From contig CALVNR010000008.1 of the NCBI GenBank assembly GCA_944349905.1, positions 2,424-66,423 on the forward strand: a DNA stretch of 64,000 bases, in the 5' to 3' direction. Shown piece by piece: positions 61,555 to 64,000 of the stretch. Under the pieces are notes generated by a model, which was given only the letters and a program-made list of their open reading frames with translations, was not told where the DNA came from and did no database searches. How positions within the stretch are numbered: the stretch's first letter is position 1; the number at the start of each line of letters is the position of its first letter. The translations under genes were made by a program, and so were the position numbers. This DNA is from an uncultured Clostridia bacterium (lineage in GTDB: Bacteria > Bacillota > Clostridia > Christensenellales > UBA1242).

Positions 61555-63700
61555 TGTTTACCTCGCTTTTGAAAATATATTCATTCCATTTATTTAACTC
61601 ATCAATGTTAAAATGTATTTCATCTTTGCTTGGGTGTAATAACTTATTTCTACATATTCTTAATGTATGTAATAAACTTGCTTCGTTTGGTTTTATTAAT
61701 TTGTTATTTTCTGCTAACATTATTTTATCATAAAAATCCATTTCATTACTATCATTTAATGACAATTCCTTTGTTAGGTCATAATCAACTTTTATGACCA
61801 TATCTGCAACTGCCGATTTAAAATCACCTCTTTTAATTTTATTATCAATAAAATCAAATGTAATTTTCTCTGGTTTATATGATGATTGTTGCTCAATAAT
61901 TGCATACTCATAAATAGGTTTAATTATGCTGTTATAATTTTCAATTTCACTAAATTTATCAATTGAAAATTCCTTATACTTAACTAAATAGTTATAAGAT
62001 TTTTCAAATTCAACATAGTTGTTTACCAAATCTATCATATTATAATTTCCATCAATTACATAATCAGTAATAGATTTTATACCTAATAATTGTTTAAGGT
62101 ATTCTAATCTGTTTCTTGTTTTTTCAGATTCCAATGCTAGTTCGTTATCATCACTAATTTTTATATTCTCTATGATGTCATTCAAATATATATCATACAA
62201 ATTAATTATTGATAATGCTTCTATCATCTTATAATTACCATTTAATATACTCTTAAATAATTTTTCATCTTTGTCAATATTTTGAGTTACTTTCATTAAG
62301 AATTCATGTGAAGATAATCCCAATATTTTTTGAATTGGTTTTATAAAGTCAATATATGTAGCAAAATTTGATACATTGATTTCCTTTATTGTCTTTTCCA
62401 AAATTTGTTCAGCAATCAGTTGAACTACATTATCACTTTCTGTTAAAATTTTGCTCAATACATTCAAGTTTAATATTTGCTGTGATAACTCATTCTTTTC
62501 AAGAATATGTTTCGTTAAATACTGTGATAAATAATTATTATCATCACTAGAAATTAATTTTGCAATTAATATATTTCTATCTGTAAAGTCTAAACTTATT
62601 TCATTATATACTTCTTTATAGAAATATTCTTTTTCATTAGAGTTTAATTCTTTTTCAAGAATTAAATTAAGTGATATTGTTTTATCAATGCTCTCAACAT
62701 AAAAGTCAACACAAGCTGGAATATATGCTTTCATAATGCCATTACTTAAAGTTAAATAATCTGCTCCATAATCTTCTTTTTTTAATGTTAAACCGGTTTT
62801 ATACTTTCTTTTAAAAACATAGTATTTCCCTGTTTGAATTAATAATTCTGGTGTTTCTTGTGGTGCAGTTTGGATTTGAGATGGCAAGAAAATTGATGTT
62901 AAATTTGATATATCGCTTAAATTTTTCACTTTAACAATTTTCATATCATTTGCAAACTTAAATTTTTCTTTATAGGCAAATATGGCTGTAATATTTTCAC
63001 TTGTGTAATATTTCTTTACAAAATTCTCTAATCTATCATCAGTAAATGTCAAAGTTAATTTATTATCTTCTAATTTCAAAATGACACAATCTTCATATTT
63101 AGCACTTTGCATTTTCATTTCTTCATTTTGAACAGAAATTATTTCTTCTTGTTCTTTAAAATTAAAATTCTTTTTGTTTTCTTGAACAATATCTAAAAGT
63201 GATGAAAAGTCGTATTTATAATCTTTAAACATCTCTTCTGAAATTTTGTTTTCATTATCGTTTGGTTTCATTTTTAAACCAACAGATGTAAGAATTTTGT
63301 TGTTTAGCAAATCATAGTATAATGGCACTATTTTTACCAATTCTTTACCAGTTGGAACAGCTCCATTTTTAAAAATCTTGTTTCCTTTTTCTGTAAATTC
63401 AAAATCTTTAACCAAATATTCTTTAAAATAGTCAGCATTAAATTTTAATCTTCCAAGTTTAATAATATCTAGTTGTATCATATTTTCAATTTCATCAATA
63501 AACATAAATATTAAATCATTTGGAACTCCGAATTTTCTCAATACATCATATAGTTTTTCATCATTTTTAGAATTATTATTTATTAGTGCTAATAAAATAT
63601 ATTGTATGCCTGACGCTTGTTTTACTTCTGTATAATTTACCTTTGAACGCATAACTTGAATTGGTATAGAAAATGATGTCTTAAATCTTAAAAATTCCAT
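61532..63700 (-). CDS. 722-aa protein with a C-terminal HEPN-like (Rx4H, DUF4145-like) domain
   Basis: The C-terminus reads ...AVADMVIKVDYDLTKEL...ASLLHTLRICRNKLLHPS (R-x4-H). The remainder is unassigned. Its start is 1 nt after the helicase stop. Confidence 0.6.
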   Translation of the reverse strand: MEFLRFKTSFSIPIQVMRSKVNYTEVKQASGIQYILLALINNNSKNDEKLYDVLRKFGVPNDLIFMFIDEIENMIQLDIIKLGRLKFNADYFKEYLVKDFEFTEKGNKIFKNGAVPTGKELVKIVPLYYDLLNNKILTSVGLKMKPNDNENKISEEMFKDYKYDFSSLLDIVQENKKNFNFKEQEEIISVQNEEMKMQSAKYEDCVILKLEDNKLTLTFTDDRLENFVKKYYTSENITAIFAYKEKFKFANDMKIVKVKNLSDISNLTSIFLPSQIQTAPQETPELLIQTGKYYVFKRKYKTGLTLKKEDYGADYLTLSNGIMKAYIPACVDFYVESIDKTISLNLILEKELNSNEKEYFYKEVYNEISLDFTDRNILIAKLISSDDNNYLSQYLTKHILEKNELSQQILNLNVLSKILTESDNVVQLIAEQILEKTIKEINVSNFATYIDFIKPIQKILGLSSHEFLMKVTQNIDKDEKLFKSILNGNYKMIEALSIINLYDIYLNDIIENIKISDDNELALESEKTRNRLEYLKQLLGIKSITDYVIDGNYNMIDLVNNYVEFEKSYNYLVKYKEFSIDKFSEIENYNSIIKPIYEYAIIEQQSSYKPEKITFDFIDNKIKRGDFKSAVADMVIKVDYDLTKELSLNDSNEMDFYDKIMLAENNKLIKPNEASLLHTLRICRNKLLHPSKDEIHFNIDELNKWNEYIFKSEVNNEPSSKN

Positions 63701-63701
63701 A

Positions 63702-64000
63702 TTATCTATCCTCCTTTATTATGTCGTCTGATTGCAATATTTTTCCATATACATCTATTGTATTGATTATTTCCTTATAGACCGGATACGCTTGTCTATC
63801 CAATGCTTTATTGCCATCGATATCTGGTAAATTTATTACTCCACAATTAGATAAGAAATCTTTATTACCAACAACAATCAATAATTTCCTTGCTCTACTC
63901 AAAGCAACATTAATTCTTTCAAATTTCTTAATAAACTCATAATTACCTGTTCGTTTTATAGGGTTTCTAACCATTGACAAGATAATAATATCTCTTTCAT
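63702..64000 (-). CDS. SF1 (Upf1/DNA2-like, AAA_12-type) helicase, C-terminal end only
   Basis: ERDIIILSMVRN...INVALSRARKLLIVVGNKDFL is helicase motif VI with its typical tail. The ORF is open at the window edge. Confidence 0.7.
   Translation of the reverse strand, partial: ERDIIILSMVRNPIKRTGNYEFIKKFERINVALSRARKLLIVVGNKDFLSNCGVINLPDIDGNKALDRQAYPVYKEIINTIDVYGKILQSDDIIKEDR

Noticed and set aside
1-64000. Mollicutes genetic code (TGA = Trp)
   Set aside because: Long ORFs (up to 1486 aa) are intact under the standard code and Trp positions are TGG. There is no need to invoke code 4.
1-64000. CRISPR arrays, rRNA genes, IS elements or transposases, prophage structural genes
   Set aside because: I saw no regularly spaced direct repeats, no rRNA-like segments, and no DDE or serine transposase, capsid, portal or terminase motifs. 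The primase and MTase belong to the ICE.

Overview
This is a very AT-rich, low-GC Firmicutes/Mollicutes-like sequence that uses the standard genetic code: TGG encodes Trp and the long ORFs are not interrupted by TGA. Every gene I accept is on the minus strand except xfp.

The window falls into three blocks.

(1) 1-14.6 kb is housekeeping chromosome. It carries a partial yigZ-like gene, tyrS with a T-box leader, ung, and the secG-rnr-smpB-ssrA cluster. A small accessory insert lies downstream of ssrA. This block also holds phosphoketolase, a sufC/sufD-like pair, and tRNA-Thr(GGU) with a decayed tRNA fragment beside it.

(2) About 14.6-38.9 kb is an integrative conjugative element next to tRNA-Thr.
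- At the tRNA end are a tyrosine integrase and an Xis-like gene.
- A leading region follows, with an orphan m5C methyltransferase, a Toprim primase, an ArdC-like gene and a DUF3846 gene.
- The type IV secretion module has a VirB4-like ATPase, a VirB6/TrbL-like protein, a pilin-like protein and a VirD4-like coupling protein.
- The rest comprises a 1486-aa repeat-rich surface protein, a MobL-like relaxase and two regulators at the head of the operon.
- The right end is not resolved.

(3) 38.9-64 kb holds a lexA-like gene with a Cheo-type box, then a defence island made of three tightly coupled operons.
- (a) A four-gene GHKL-ATPase operon with its own promoter and terminator (39.9-43.7 kb).
- (b) An expanded Type III R-M operon, in the order SNF2 helicase / AbiTii-like / Mod / HEPN-like insert / Res / 1183-aa multi-HTH protein (43.8-56.5 kb).
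- (c) A cassette in the order SF1 helicase / HEPN-tailed 722-aa protein / coiled-coil protein / ClpB-type AAA+ / NrdG-like radical-SAM protein / DEDDh exonuclease / SLOG remnant (56.6-64 kb, open at the window edge).

Operons (a) and (c) are my best candidates for undescribed systems. I saw no CRISPR array, rRNA, IS element or transposase. All calls come from reading motifs by eye; no database search was possible.
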